A stretch of 64,000 nt of DNA, taken from the NCBI GenBank assembly GCA_937981995.1, contig CALJNC010000028.1:2444-66443 (forward strand), given 5' to 3'. How positions within the stretch are numbered: position 1 is the first letter of the stretch; the number at the start of each line of letters is the position of its first letter. Below, piece after piece: positions 8,880-18,520 of the stretch. The notes beneath the pieces were generated by a model. That model did no database searches. It was not told the origin of the DNA and worked only from the letters and a program-made list of their open reading frames with translations. The position numbers were made by a program, and so were the translations under genes. Origin of the DNA: an uncultured Chitinophagaceae bacterium. GTDB taxonomy: Bacteria; Bacteroidota; Bacteroidia; Chitinophagales; Chitinophagaceae.

Positions 8880-10013
8880 TTGTATGAAAAATATTTTTTT
8901 TACACAGTGGAATTAAATGAGCAAGAAATAATATATCGGATTGCTTTACAGCAAATCAAGGGGATTGGTACCGTACGGGCTAAAAAGCTCATTAGCGTCT
9001 TTGGCTCAGCTACTACCGTGTTTGAGCAGGCTGCCGCAGTAGCCACTGAGGTTGAATCTATTGGCACACTGCATTGGAATGCGATAAAGAATTTTAGCGA
9101 TTTTTCCCAAGCCTCCAAGGAAATAGATTTTATAACTAAAAACAATATTCAATTCTTAGCTTTTGATAAAGATAACTATCCAAGCAAGCTAAAACGTGCA
9201 ATAGATGCACCTGCTTATTTATACTACAAAGGGAACGATTCAATACATAATACAAGGGTGATATCTATAATAGGTACAAGATCATGCAGCGAATACGGAA
9301 AGCAAATTTGTGAAAAAATTGTAGAGGAGCTTGCGCCTTATAATCCTTTAATCGTAAGCGGTTTAGCTTACGGTATTGATAGTACAGCTCATAGAGCGGC
9401 CTTAAATAATAATTTAAATTCCATAGGCGTAATGGCCACGGGTTTAGATACTATTTACCCAGCTCAAAATAAAAAAATTGCTAGCGATATGCTTGAGCAA
9501 GGTGGCTTGCTTACAGAATATCCGCAAAATACCAAACCGGATAGAGAAAATTTTCCGTCTCGTAATAGGATAGTGGCCGGGATGTGCGATGCTGTAATTG
9601 TAATAGAAACACCTAAAAAAGGGGGTTCCATGATAACAGCAAATTTGGCTCATTCTTATAATAGAGATGTATTTTGTGTGCCAGGAAAAGTAAGTGATAA
9701 GCGGAGTGAAGGGTGTAATTTTTTAATAAAAAGTTTACGTGCTAACTTAATAACCAGTGGTGCGGATGTATTGTACAATTTAAATTGGAATGAGGATTTA
9801 AAAGTGACTCCTCCTCAAAGAAAACTATTTGTTGAGCTATCAAATGATGAGAAAATCGTGTACGACAGCCTTCAAACAGAAACTAGCTTGCATATTGACG
9901 AGCTATTTGTAAGAACAGAATTACCTATGAGCAAGCTTTCTACACTACTTTTACAGTTAGAAATGGGCGGTATGGTGCGTTCTATGCCTGGTAAGCAATA
10001 CCAAGCCATATAG
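8880..10013 (+). CDS. dprA: DNA-processing protein DprA (Smf)
   Basis: IIGTRSCSEYG, SGLAYGIDSTAHRAAL and GGSMITANLA motifs. The start is uncertain: TTG at 8880, with no in-frame ATG nearby. Confidence 0.9.
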   Translation: MYEKYFFYTVELNEQEIIYRIALQQIKGIGTVRAKKLISVFGSATTVFEQAAAVATEVESIGTLHWNAIKNFSDFSQASKEIDFITKNNIQFLAFDKDNYPSKLKRAIDAPAYLYYKGNDSIHNTRVISIIGTRSCSEYGKQICEKIVEELAPYNPLIVSGLAYGIDSTAHRAALNNNLNSIGVMATGLDTIYPAQNKKIASDMLEQGGLLTEYPQNTKPDRENFPSRNRIVAGMCDAVIVIETPKKGGSMITANLAHSYNRDVFCVPGKVSDKRSEGCNFLIKSLRANLITSGADVLYNLNWNEDLKVTPPQRKLFVELSNDEKIVYDSLQTETSLHIDELFVRTELPMSKLSTLLLQLEMGGMVRSMPGKQYQAI

Positions 10014-10078
10014 CGTTAATTATGCGTTTTAGGATGAATTTAATAGCAGCTTTTCTTCATTGCTTGCAGTAATACTAA

Positions 10079-10086
10079 TATATTTG
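10079..10086 (+). promoter_or_regulatory. Bacteroidota-type -7 promoter box (TAnnTTTG)
   Basis: TATATTTG, 24 nt upstream of the ATG at 10111. Confidence 0.4.
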
Positions 10087-10110
10087 CCCGATTTTCAGAT
10101 ATAAATTAAT

Positions 10111-10710
10111 ATGAAAAACTTAGCACTCATTTTAAGCTCTTTAGCCCTTATTGGCGTTGGCTTTTTATTATTTAAAGGTACTAGTAAGAAGGCGCCTAAG
10201 GCTACTACAGTAACTAAAACGGATTCTACTGGTAAAAAAGTAGAAGTTGTTGTTCCAATAACACGTATTGCATATGTTGATATTGATACCTTGCAATTAA
10301 ATTACAAGCGTTTTGTTTCAAAAAAGGCATCATTTGAATCAAGAACAAAAAAAATTGAAGGTGAATTAAAAACCAAAACAAAATCATTAGAAAACCAAAT
10401 GGTTGCTTTTCAAAAGAAAGCTCAAACGGGTGGATTGACACAGGCAGAAGGTGAAAAAATGCAAAAGAATCTATTGGCAAAACAAAAGAATCTTCAACAG
10501 CTTGAGAAAAACTTAAGTACCAAATTGTTTAAGGATCAAGATGCTTTCAATGAAAAGTTTAGAAAAGATTTAGAAGCAGCAGTAGCTGAATATAATAAAG
10601 ATGGAAAATATGATTTTGTAATGTTGAATACTGAAGAGGGTGCCTATTTGTACTCTAATCCTAAATTGGACATTACATCTGAAATTGTAGATATACTTAA
10701 TTCGAAATAA
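10111..10710 (+). CDS. OmpH/Skp-family periplasmic chaperone
   Basis: Signal peptide followed by a K/E/Q-rich coiled-coil protein of 199 aa, a layout typical of OmpH. Confidence 0.8.
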   Translation: MKNLALILSSLALIGVGFLLFKGTSKKAPKATTVTKTDSTGKKVEVVVPITRIAYVDIDTLQLNYKRFVSKKASFESRTKKIEGELKTKTKSLENQMVAFQKKAQTGGLTQAEGEKMQKNLLAKQKNLQQLEKNLSTKLFKDQDAFNEKFRKDLEAAVAEYNKDGKYDFVMLNTEEGAYLYSNPKLDITSEIVDILNSK

Positions 10711-10743
10711 GAACGAATTAAAAAAACAAATCAAACAAAACCA

Positions 10744-11514
10744 ATGAGAAAGAAGATAGTAGCAGGGAATTGGAAAATGAACTTAACACCGGACCAAGGT
10801 GCTAGTTTAGTAAAAGATATTCTTAAAGAAAAACTTGAATTGAAGTATAATCAACTCGTAGTTGTTTGTCCACCATTTACAGGTATAGATAGTATAAGTA
10901 AGTTATTAGAAGATAATGAAGGAACAAAAGTTCAGTTAGGATCTCAAAATATTTCTGAAAAAAATTCAGGTGCATATACAGGAGAGGTAAGTGCTGAAAT
11001 GCTTACGAGTTTAAATGTTCGCTATGCTATAGTAGGTCACTCTGAGCGTCGTCAATTGTTTAACGAAAGTAATGAGCTGTTGCACAAAAAAGTAGATGCG
11101 GTTTTAGCATCTAAAATGATTCCTATCTTTTGCTGTGGGGAACCATTAGAAGTACGTGAAGCAAATGAGCAAAATGATTATGTGAAAAAGCAATTAGAAG
11201 AAAGTCTCTTTCATTTGAATGCGGATATTGTATCATCAAGTTTAATTATAGCGTATGAGCCTATATGGGCAATTGGTACCGGCAAAACGGCAAGTGCTGA
11301 TCAAGCTGAAGAAATGCATGCATTTATACGCTCATTACTAGAGGAAAAATGGGGTAGCGATGCAGCGGAAAATGTATCTATATTATATGGAGGCAGTGTA
11401 AAACCGGATAATGCTCCTGAACTTTTTGGCAAAGAAAATGTGGATGGAGGATTGATAGGTGGTGCGGCATTAAGTGCAGATTCCTTTTTGGGTATCATTC
11501 AAGCAATGAACTAA
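10744..11514 (+). CDS. tpiA: Triosephosphate isomerase
   Basis: AGNWKMN, VGHSERR and AYEPIWAIGTGKTA motifs. Confidence 0.96.
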   Translation: MRKKIVAGNWKMNLTPDQGASLVKDILKEKLELKYNQLVVVCPPFTGIDSISKLLEDNEGTKVQLGSQNISEKNSGAYTGEVSAEMLTSLNVRYAIVGHSERRQLFNESNELLHKKVDAVLASKMIPIFCCGEPLEVREANEQNDYVKKQLEESLFHLNADIVSSSLIIAYEPIWAIGTGKTASADQAEEMHAFIRSLLEEKWGSDAAENVSILYGGSVKPDNAPELFGKENVDGGLIGGAALSADSFLGIIQAMN

Positions 11515-11792
11515 CGGATTGTAACTTCTAACACAACTTCCTTTTTATAAAAAGCATTAATCTTATCGATTATGCTTTTTTTGTTTAATGAAAGTTCATT
11601 TTTTAATGGTGCGATATCAGTTTGTATACTTAATTTTTTATTTTCTAAAGTAAGTGACCCTGTATACTTAGCTATAGTATCTCCCATAATTTCTGCCCAG
11701 TCTTCTTGTAAGCTGATAGCCATATAGCGCTTGCCCCATCGGCTTTCACCGAGCATTTTATTCATTGCATTGCCTAGCGAAAAATCATCCAT
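11511..11792 (-). CDS. DUF721-family small protein
   Basis: 93 aa with the size and sequence character of DUF721. Its stop codon overlaps the tpiA stop (convergent). Confidence 0.6.
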   Translation of the reverse strand: MDDFSLGNAMNKMLGESRWGKRYMAISLQEDWAEIMGDTIAKYTGSLTLENKKLSIQTDIAPLKNELSLNKKSIIDKINAFYKKEVVLEVTIR

Positions 11793-11793
11793 C

Positions 11794-12951
11794 TTATACG
11801 TGGTTCGTTACAGTTTCAGCTGTAATCTCATTATCAGCAAATATTACTAAGCGTTGAATGATATTATTAAGCTCCCGAATGTTTCCTTGCCAATCTCTTG
11901 CACAAAGCATATCCACTGCTTCACTGGTAATTTGTATTCGCTTTTTCCCTTGCTCTTCACATATTTCGTCTAGAAAGTGCTCAACAAGTAAAGGGATATC
12001 GTCCTTACGGTCATTTAAGGAAGGCACTTCAATAACTATTACACCTAATCTAAAATATAAATCTTTACGGAAGGTTTCTTTTTCAATTTCGGCCTGTAAG
12101 TTTTTATTTGTTGCAGATACAACACGTACATCTACACTAATTTCTTTATCGCCACCAATTCGAGTAATCTTGCCTTCTTGTAAAGCCCGCAATACTTTAG
12201 CTTGTGCTTTCCCACTCATGTCTCCTATTTCATCTAAGAAAAGGGTGCCACCATTTGCTTGCTCAAATTTTCCAATACTTTGTTTTACCGCTCCTGTAAA
12301 TGATCCTTTTTCATGACCAAAAAGTTCAGATTCAATAAGTTCGGAAGGGATAGCTGCACAATTTACTTCAATTAACGGACCATTTGCTCGTTCGCTTTTT
12401 TCATGCATCCATCGAGCAATTAACTCTTTACCTGTACCGTTATCTCCTAGTATAAGAACGCGCGCATCAGTTGGTGCTACACGATCAATGGTATCTTTTA
12501 CTTTTAAAATTTCATCACTTTGACCTACAATTTCTTGTGTGCCATTAATTTTTCTCTTAAGTTTTTTATTGTCCTCCTTTAAATTGTCATGATCAATTGC
12601 ATTACGCACAGTAATTAATAGACGATTCAAATCTGGTGGCTTAGATATATAATCAAATGCTCCATTTCTAACAGCATCTACAGCATCTTCAGTTGAACCA
12701 TGACCTGATATCATAATGATAGGAGTACTCACTCCTTCATTTTTAGCCTTTTCTAATAACTGTAAGCCATCAAGTCGGGGCATATTGATATCACAAAGAG
12801 CACAATCATATTTTTTGGCAAGAAGTAAATTGATTCCTTCTTTACCATCTTGCGCTTCTTCTACTTTTATTTTCTCCATTTCTAAGATTTCTCTTAGAGC
12901 GGTTCTTATGCTTTTCTCATCATCGATAATTAGTACTGTAGGTGATGCCAT
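11794..12951 (-). CDS. Sigma-54-dependent response regulator (REC plus AAA+), no C-terminal HTH visible
   Basis: REC domain with the LCDINMPRLDG acceptor region. Walker A GDNGTGKE, a GAFTGA-type loop (EKGSFTGA), Walker B TLFLDEIGDM and NIRELNN. The protein ends about 25 aa after the AAA+ lid. Confidence 0.9.
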   Translation of the reverse strand: MASPTVLIIDDEKSIRTALREILEMEKIKVEEAQDGKEGINLLLAKKYDCALCDINMPRLDGLQLLEKAKNEGVSTPIIMISGHGSTEDAVDAVRNGAFDYISKPPDLNRLLITVRNAIDHDNLKEDNKKLKRKINGTQEIVGQSDEILKVKDTIDRVAPTDARVLILGDNGTGKELIARWMHEKSERANGPLIEVNCAAIPSELIESELFGHEKGSFTGAVKQSIGKFEQANGGTLFLDEIGDMSGKAQAKVLRALQEGKITRIGGDKEISVDVRVVSATNKNLQAEIEKETFRKDLYFRLGVIVIEVPSLNDRKDDIPLLVEHFLDEICEEQGKKRIQITSEAVDMLCARDWQGNIRELNNIIQRLVIFADNEITAETVTNHV

Positions 12952-13023
12952 TTAAATATATATTGGTAGTTTGGTGAAAATAATGAATTATGAAAACTTA
13001 TATGCTTAATTTGTTCTTTTTAT

Positions 13024-13052
13024 AAAAAAAGCGAATGTTTAAACATTCGCTT
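13024..13052 (-). terminator. Rho-independent terminator after fdx-iscX
   Basis: Perfect palindrome aagcgaatgttt/aaacattcgctt, followed on the minus strand by T7. Confidence 0.75.
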
Positions 13053-13064
13053 CAATATCTTTTT

Positions 13065-13301
13065 TTAATCTTGGTTATCTCTCCATTCGTAAACCCAATT
13101 GCTTTGTATCATTTCTAGGTGTCCTTCATTGCAATCTTCTCTTTTACCTAAAAATCCTTCTATCTCTAAAACCCAATCTCTTAATTGCGTAAAACGGACT
13201 CTATATATTTTACCTTCTGACATTTCATTGCCAAACTTCTCGTATAGCTTGATTGCTATATCTTCATAATCTTTCCAATCTATTGGTGGTTCAAAATTCA
13301 T
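13065..13301 (-). CDS. iscX: IscX-like Fe-S assembly accessory protein
   Basis: Aligns by eye to E. coli IscX (W.D...I...LY....VRFT.L..WV..L..F.....L..I...W..E). It sits immediately downstream of an ISC-type ferredoxin. Confidence 0.7.
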   Translation of the reverse strand: MNFEPPIDWKDYEDIAIKLYEKFGNEMSEGKIYRVRFTQLRDWVLEIEGFLGKREDCNEGHLEMIQSNWVYEWRDNQD

Positions 13302-13313
13302 ATAGTTCTTTTT

Positions 13314-13649
13314 TTATTCTCCTAAAATTGTACTTTGGTCTGGTACGTGTACGTTAATTTCTCCGCTACCATCTTTCAATACGCATTGACAACTCAAACG
13401 TGATGTAAGTTTTGGATTGCGCGCTCTATCAATAAAGTCTTCTTCTTTATCGCTTAGCTCTTCTAAAAATTGATCGCCTTGGTCAATGTATACATGGCAA
13501 GTACTGCAGGCGCATACACCACCACAATTATGACTAATGTCAATTTTATTTTTTAAGGCTATTTCTAAAACGCTGAAACCAGTTTCTGCGTTTTCAATTG
13601 TTATAGGGTCTATACCTTTCTCTTCAAAGGTGTACTTTATTTTGTACAT
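13314..13649 (-). CDS. fdx: 2Fe-2S ferredoxin, ISC/adrenodoxin type
   Basis: CGGVCACSTCHV cluster-binding motif plus a distal C (SRLSCQC); 111 aa. Confidence 0.88.
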   Translation of the reverse strand: MYKIKYTFEEKGIDPITIENAETGFSVLEIALKNKIDISHNCGGVCACSTCHVYIDQGDQFLEELSDKEEDFIDRARNPKLTSRLSCQCVLKDGSGEINVHVPDQSTILGE

Positions 13650-13676
13650 ATATTCGTTCTGTTACTTCTTGTTGAA

Positions 13677-15290
13677 TTATACGTCTTGAAGTGTTACAGG
13701 CGCAGCATTTTTTATTTCTTCGCTTGCCTCACTTTTATATTGCTCAAAGTTTTTATTGAACAAGTCAGCTAATTTATTTGCTGTTGCATGATATTCTTTT
13801 TTATCGCTCCAAGTATTAGAAGGGATTAAAAGCTCATCAGGCACTTCAGGACAAGTGGTAGGCATTTCTACACCATAAATTGGGTGCTTTTCATACTTTA
13901 CGTCGTTTAAGCTACCATTCATGGCTGCTGTAATCATTGCACGAGTATATTTCAGTTTCATTCTTTCTCCTACACCATAGCTTCCTCCGCTCCAACCGGT
14001 GTTCACTAACCATACGTTGATATCAGGATTCTCTTCAAGTTTTTTACCTAAAAGATCAGCATACTTAGTAGGGTGTAAAGGTAAAAATGCTTTACCAAAA
14101 CAAGCTGAAAAAGTAACTTGTGGTTCTGTAACACCAACTTCAGTACCTGCAACCTTGGCAGTGTAACCACTTAAAAAGTGATACATAGCCTGACCTACAG
14201 AAAGTTTAGATATAGGAGGTAAAACACCATAAGCATCACAAGTGAGGAAAAATATGTTTTTTGGATTACCACCAACACTTGGTTCCTTAGCATTTAAAAT
14301 ATGATCTATTGGGTAGGCAACTCTTGTATTTTGAGTGATTGTACAATCTTTAAAATCAACTTCATTTGTACCCGGTAAGAAGTTTGTATTTTCTACTAAA
14401 GCTGATGCTTTGATTGCGTTATAAATCTGTGGTTCTTTTTCCTCAGTAAGGTCTATACATTTAGCATAACAACCTCCTTCAAAATTAAATACAGAACCTT
14501 CATCCCAACCATGTTCATCGTCTCCAATTAGTTTTCTTTTTACATCGGCACTCAACGTAGTTTTACCAGTACCACTTAAACCAAAGAACAAAGAAACATC
14601 GCCATCTGCTCCTTCATTAGCCGAGCAGTGCATGCTTAAAACATTTTTATCATTTGGAAGTATGAAGTTTAGTACCCCAAAAATTCCTTTTTTCATTTCT
14701 CCTGTATATGCTGTGCCGCCAATAAGGATTATTTTTTTAGTAAAGTTTACAACCGTAAAATTTTCTTGGCGCGTACCATGCAATGCAGGGTTTGCCATAA
14801 AGCTAGGAGCTTGTATAATCACCCACTCAGGGTCTTGTGTTTTTACTTCTTCCTCAGTTGGTCTTAAGAATAAATCATTACAAAAAAGATTTGCCCAAGG
14901 TGCTTCATTTACCACACGAATATTTAATCTATGTTTTGGATCAGCGCAAGCATATGCATCGCGTACATACAATTCCTTATTTGCTAAGTAGGCTGTAATG
15001 TCCTCATAAATTTTATCAAAATGCTCAGGAGATATTCCAAAATTAATATCACCCCAATCTACCGTGTCAGTAGTAATATCATCTTTTACAGTAAACTTAT
15101 CCATTGGCGAACGCCCGGTAAACTTTCCTGTATTTACAGCCAAGGCTCCTTGACTTGTAATTTGGCCTTGGCCTAATTCTACTGTCTTATCAGTTAATTC
15201 CTGCGGAGATAAATTCCAATGAATTATCGACGCTTGTATACCTAAATCACTCAATGATGCCTTAGGATTTTTTATACCAAACTCTTGCAT
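13677..15290 (-). CDS. pckA: Phosphoenolpyruvate carboxykinase (ATP)
   Basis: FFGLSGTGKTTLS kinase motif, GDDEHGW and other PckA blocks. The ATG at 15290 is preferred over the TTG at 15296. Confidence 0.96.
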   Translation of the reverse strand: MQEFGIKNPKASLSDLGIQASIIHWNLSPQELTDKTVELGQGQITSQGALAVNTGKFTGRSPMDKFTVKDDITTDTVDWGDINFGISPEHFDKIYEDITAYLANKELYVRDAYACADPKHRLNIRVVNEAPWANLFCNDLFLRPTEEEVKTQDPEWVIIQAPSFMANPALHGTRQENFTVVNFTKKIILIGGTAYTGEMKKGIFGVLNFILPNDKNVLSMHCSANEGADGDVSLFFGLSGTGKTTLSADVKRKLIGDDEHGWDEGSVFNFEGGCYAKCIDLTEEKEPQIYNAIKASALVENTNFLPGTNEVDFKDCTITQNTRVAYPIDHILNAKEPSVGGNPKNIFFLTCDAYGVLPPISKLSVGQAMYHFLSGYTAKVAGTEVGVTEPQVTFSACFGKAFLPLHPTKYADLLGKKLEENPDINVWLVNTGWSGGSYGVGERMKLKYTRAMITAAMNGSLNDVKYEKHPIYGVEMPTTCPEVPDELLIPSNTWSDKKEYHATANKLADLFNKNFEQYKSEASEEIKNAAPVTLQDV

Positions 15291-15312
15291 AAACAATTTA
15301 AATTATAGAAGG

Positions 15313-15320
15313 CAAATGTA
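15313..15320 (-). promoter_or_regulatory. Bacteroidota-type -7 promoter box (TAnnTTTG)
   Basis: Minus-strand TACATTTG, 22 nt upstream of the pckA ATG. Confidence 0.4.
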
Positions 15321-15438
15321 AACTTAAAATTGCCAATGGGTATAGATTCATTATACATTTTGAAGCTATTAATTAGTGGAAAACTTAGCCCGTTCAATTG
15401 GCTTAAATTTTGTTACTTTGAATTAAATAAAAACAATT

Positions 15439-16086
15439 ATGAAATATATATATGTATCCATTTTAGCAGCAAGCATGCTGTTTACAGCTTGTAATAATGC
15501 ACCTGAAGGGCAAGAAGTAGCCGTATCGGGGGCAAAAGAGGTGAAATCAGAAATTCCTGCAGGAGAGGCATACTCTTTTTTAGAAGGAAGTAAAGTGTCA
15601 TTTTATGGGGCTACGCCTACTCATGGTCAAAATGGAGATTTTCCTGTTTCAGAAGGAGCTATATATATAAATGAAGGAAATGTATCAGGGGGTATCGTAA
15701 GCGTAAAATTAAATGATATGGTAGTAACTAGTGAAGGTTTACCTGATAAGAAAAAAGCAGATTTAAAAGGACACCTTTTAGCTGCTGATTTTTTTAATGC
15801 AGAAGTAAACCCTACTGTAAAATTTGAAATAACTGGCGCTGAAGTTTTAGAAGGCGATGCTGAGAATACGCATACAATAAGTGGAAATTTAAGTATGAAT
15901 GGGACAACAAATAATCTAAGTTTTCCTGCCAAAGTTGAATTAGGCGATGGTAAAATGGCTGCAAATGCAAAGTTTGTAATTAATAGAAAAGATTGGGGGA
16001 TGTCATACAAGAATGATGAATCATTAGGTGATGATTGGATTTATGACAAAGTAGAAATGACCCTAGCAATTTCTGCAGCTAAATAG
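15439..16086 (+). CDS. YceI-family lipid/polyisoprenoid-binding lipoprotein
   Basis: Lipoprotein signal (LFTAC). GHLLAADFFNAEVNPTVKFEITG is typical of YceI. Confidence 0.8.
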   Translation: MKYIYVSILAASMLFTACNNAPEGQEVAVSGAKEVKSEIPAGEAYSFLEGSKVSFYGATPTHGQNGDFPVSEGAIYINEGNVSGGIVSVKLNDMVVTSEGLPDKKKADLKGHLLAADFFNAEVNPTVKFEITGAEVLEGDAENTHTISGNLSMNGTTNNLSFPAKVELGDGKMAANAKFVINRKDWGMSYKNDESLGDDWIYDKVEMTLAISAAK

Positions 16087-16109
16087 TAAACTTAAAAATC
16101 GTTTTATAA

Positions 16110-16137
16110 AAGGAGTCATTTGTGGCTCCTTTTTTTT
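16110..16137 (+). terminator. Rho-independent terminator after the YceI gene (overlaps the feoB stop and may act in both directions)
   Basis: aggagtca/tggctcct 8-bp stem (one G-U pair), a 4-nt loop, then T8. Confidence 0.65.
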
Positions 16138-18091
16138 ATGATAAAATTTGATAGGTTATAAAGGCGGAGCCATAAGCTAGTACTAACATATAAATAAATT
16201 GAAATGCCACATATTTCCATTCGCCTGTTTCTTTTTTTACAATGGCTAGGGTGCTCATACATTGCATGGAAAAAACATAAAACAACAATAAGGAAAGTGC
16301 TGTGGCCCAATCGTACATTTTATTCCCATTGCGATCCGTTTCATTACGCAGTTTATTTACGATTGTTTTTTCATCATTATTTTCAATGCTATAAATGCTT
16401 GATAGGGTACCTACAAAAACTTCACGGGCTGCAAATGATGCAACTAGCGCAATACCAATTTTCCAATCATAACCTAACGGCTTAATTAAAGGTTCAATCG
16501 ATTTTCCCGTATAACCTAGGTAAGAATATTCAAGTTTTACTGCTTCCATAGTTTGGGAAGGGGATTCTTTCTGTTTTTGTGCTAGAAATGCCTCACTCTT
16601 TGGGCTCCAGTTAGCTAGGAACCATAAAATTAAACCTACAATAAATATTATTTTACCTGCCTGAAAAACAAAGGTTTTCGTTTTATTAAAAACAGTTAGA
16701 AAAATATTTTTCCAGTTTGGTTTTCTGAAAATAGGGAGCTCTAAGGCCCAATTGGAGTTGCTTTCTACTTTGCTATACTTATTTATAAGCCAAGCTAAAA
16801 CTAAGGTTGCAATTACACCTAATAAGTATAGGGCAAGAAGAAACAAACCCTGTACTCCAAAAAAAGCACCTGAATTAGCAGGGAATAATACGGCGATTAA
16901 AATTACATATACAGGTAGGCGTGCGCTACAAGTCATTAAGGGTAATGTAAGAATAGCTGTTAGTCGCTCTTTGGGATTTTCAATAATTCTTGTACTCATG
17001 ATAGCTGGTATAGCACAGGCCCAACTTGAAACTAAAGGAATAACGCTGTGCCCGCTTAATCCAAATTTTTTAAGAAAAGCATCTGATATAAATGAGATGC
17101 GTGAGAGATAACCGATTTGCTCCAACACACTTATAAGGAAAAAAAGAATAGCAATTTGTGGTATAAAAATGAGCACACCGCTTAAGCCAGGAATAATTGC
17201 ATTGGCTACTAAGTTTTGTAACCAATCAATGGAAATTGTATTTCTTGCAAGTTCTGAAAGGGATGCAAAACCACTATCAATCCAATCCATAGGAAAACTA
17301 GAAAAGTAAAATACAGATTGAAACACCATATACAAAGTCGCAAAAAATATAAGCATTCCCCAAATAGGGTGAAGCAATATTTTGTCCCATTTGTATGTGT
17401 TGAGTAAGTAAGTATCGCTTTTGCCAGAGACTACATACGCGTTCATAATAGGAAGCAACACCTTTTGGCGTCTGGTATAATCGTCCTCCCAATCAGCAAT
17501 GTCAAGTGCGTTTTCTAAATTAGTAATGTAGGTATTGTTAATGTGTCCCTGATCTATAACATCATAGTTACTCCTGCAAATTGTGTTGGGTATACTCGTT
17601 TTAGTATTTTGAATTATCTTTTTTAACTCCTGTATCCCTTCTCCTTTTCTTGAATTTATAAAAGCTACCGGGCAACCTATTTTTTTTTCTAGTCCTTCCT
17701 TATCAATCGTTAGTTTGTTCTTGTTTGCTTCATCTATAAAATTGATTGCAAATATCGTAGGCGTTTGTAAGTCGGCTATTTGCGAAAATAAATGTAAGCT
17801 ATCAAATAGCTGCATTGCATTGGCTACAAATACAATGGTTTGCTGCATGCTTGCTGCTTTGATAATTTCTTTTTTTGAAATCACCTCTTCTGGCGAGCTG
17901 GTATTTAATGATTGTAAACCCGGAATGTCAATGATTTCTGAGCTTCCTAATTTACCTTTTAATACCTCAATGGTTACACCTGAGTAATTGCCTACTTTTT
18001 GGTTTAAGCCAGTAAGTTGGTTAAACAAACTTGTTTTACCAGCATTGGGTTTTCCAACGAGTAATATTTTATTTAAGCTATCCGTACGCAT
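16136..18091 (-). CDS. feoB: Ferrous iron transporter FeoB
   Basis: N-terminal G-domain (GKPNAGKTSLFN, DIPG) followed by a polytopic membrane domain; 651 aa. Confidence 0.95.
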   Translation of the reverse strand: MRTDSLNKILLVGKPNAGKTSLFNQLTGLNQKVGNYSGVTIEVLKGKLGSSEIIDIPGLQSLNTSSPEEVISKKEIIKAASMQQTIVFVANAMQLFDSLHLFSQIADLQTPTIFAINFIDEANKNKLTIDKEGLEKKIGCPVAFINSRKGEGIQELKKIIQNTKTSIPNTICRSNYDVIDQGHINNTYITNLENALDIADWEDDYTRRQKVLLPIMNAYVVSGKSDTYLLNTYKWDKILLHPIWGMLIFFATLYMVFQSVFYFSSFPMDWIDSGFASLSELARNTISIDWLQNLVANAIIPGLSGVLIFIPQIAILFFLISVLEQIGYLSRISFISDAFLKKFGLSGHSVIPLVSSWACAIPAIMSTRIIENPKERLTAILTLPLMTCSARLPVYVILIAVLFPANSGAFFGVQGLFLLALYLLGVIATLVLAWLINKYSKVESNSNWALELPIFRKPNWKNIFLTVFNKTKTFVFQAGKIIFIVGLILWFLANWSPKSEAFLAQKQKESPSQTMEAVKLEYSYLGYTGKSIEPLIKPLGYDWKIGIALVASFAAREVFVGTLSSIYSIENNDEKTIVNKLRNETDRNGNKMYDWATALSLLLFYVFSMQCMSTLAIVKKETGEWKYVAFQFIYMLVLAYGSAFITYQILS

Positions 18092-18300
18092 TCAATATTT
18101 TTAAAATCTTCAGTACGTATTGATAGTATTTTTTGACGAACTGTAATACTTATAAGCTGCGCATACTTGGGGCTATAATTAATGGTAATTGCAGAACCCA
18201 CGGCAATATTATGCCCTAGTAAAAAAGACTTAAAGGTTTGCTGTCCATTAATAGCCGTAATTATAAAACGTCCATCGCGTATGTCTTGTGGGTCATTCAC
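18073..18300 (-). CDS. feoA: FeoA-family protein
   Basis: 75-aa SH3-like protein directly upstream of feoB, overlapping it by 19 nt. Confidence 0.8.
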   Translation of the reverse strand: MNDPQDIRDGRFIITAINGQQTFKSFLLGHNIAVGSAITINYSPKYAQLISITVRQKILSIRTEDFKNIECVRIA

Positions 18301-18389
18301 TTATTCAATTGAAACTTAACTATAAAAGTAATTATTGATTTTAGGAATGAATGTTTCAATCGGGAAATAAATTGAATATTTAGGAAGTA

Positions 18390-18417
18390 TATCATTATCA
18401 GTTATTTTTTAATGATA
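18390..18417. promoter_or_regulatory. Fur-box-like inverted repeat upstream of feoAB
   Basis: TATCATTA-N12-TAATGATA. The ATCATTATC and TAATGATAA halves match parts of the classical Fur consensus GATAATGATAATCATTATC. It lies 90-117 nt upstream of feoA. Confidence 0.35.
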
Positions 18418-18476
18418 AAACGAGGCCTTAGTAATTGCAATTATAGCGATTTATGTAACGCTAAGGATTGTATAAT

Positions 18477-18505
18477 AAAAGAGGCCACATAAAATGTGGC
18501 CTCTT
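18477..18505 (-). terminator. Rho-independent terminator after the 18521-20035 gene
   Basis: aagaggccacat-aaa-atgtggcctctt 12-bp stem. The T-tract on the minus strand is interrupted (TTTTATTAT). Confidence 0.6.
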
Positions 18506-18520
18506 AAGTAACATTGTTAT

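Noticed and set aside
11858-12316. Long antisense 'shadow' ORFs inside well-supported genes, for example 11858-12316, 14632-14991, 16752-17111, 31990-32397, 45408-45842 and 55330-55644.
   Set aside because: Each is fully embedded opposite a CDS with strong family motifs. They have Ser/Leu/Phe/Ile-rich composition typical of reverse-frame translation and no start context or promoter box.
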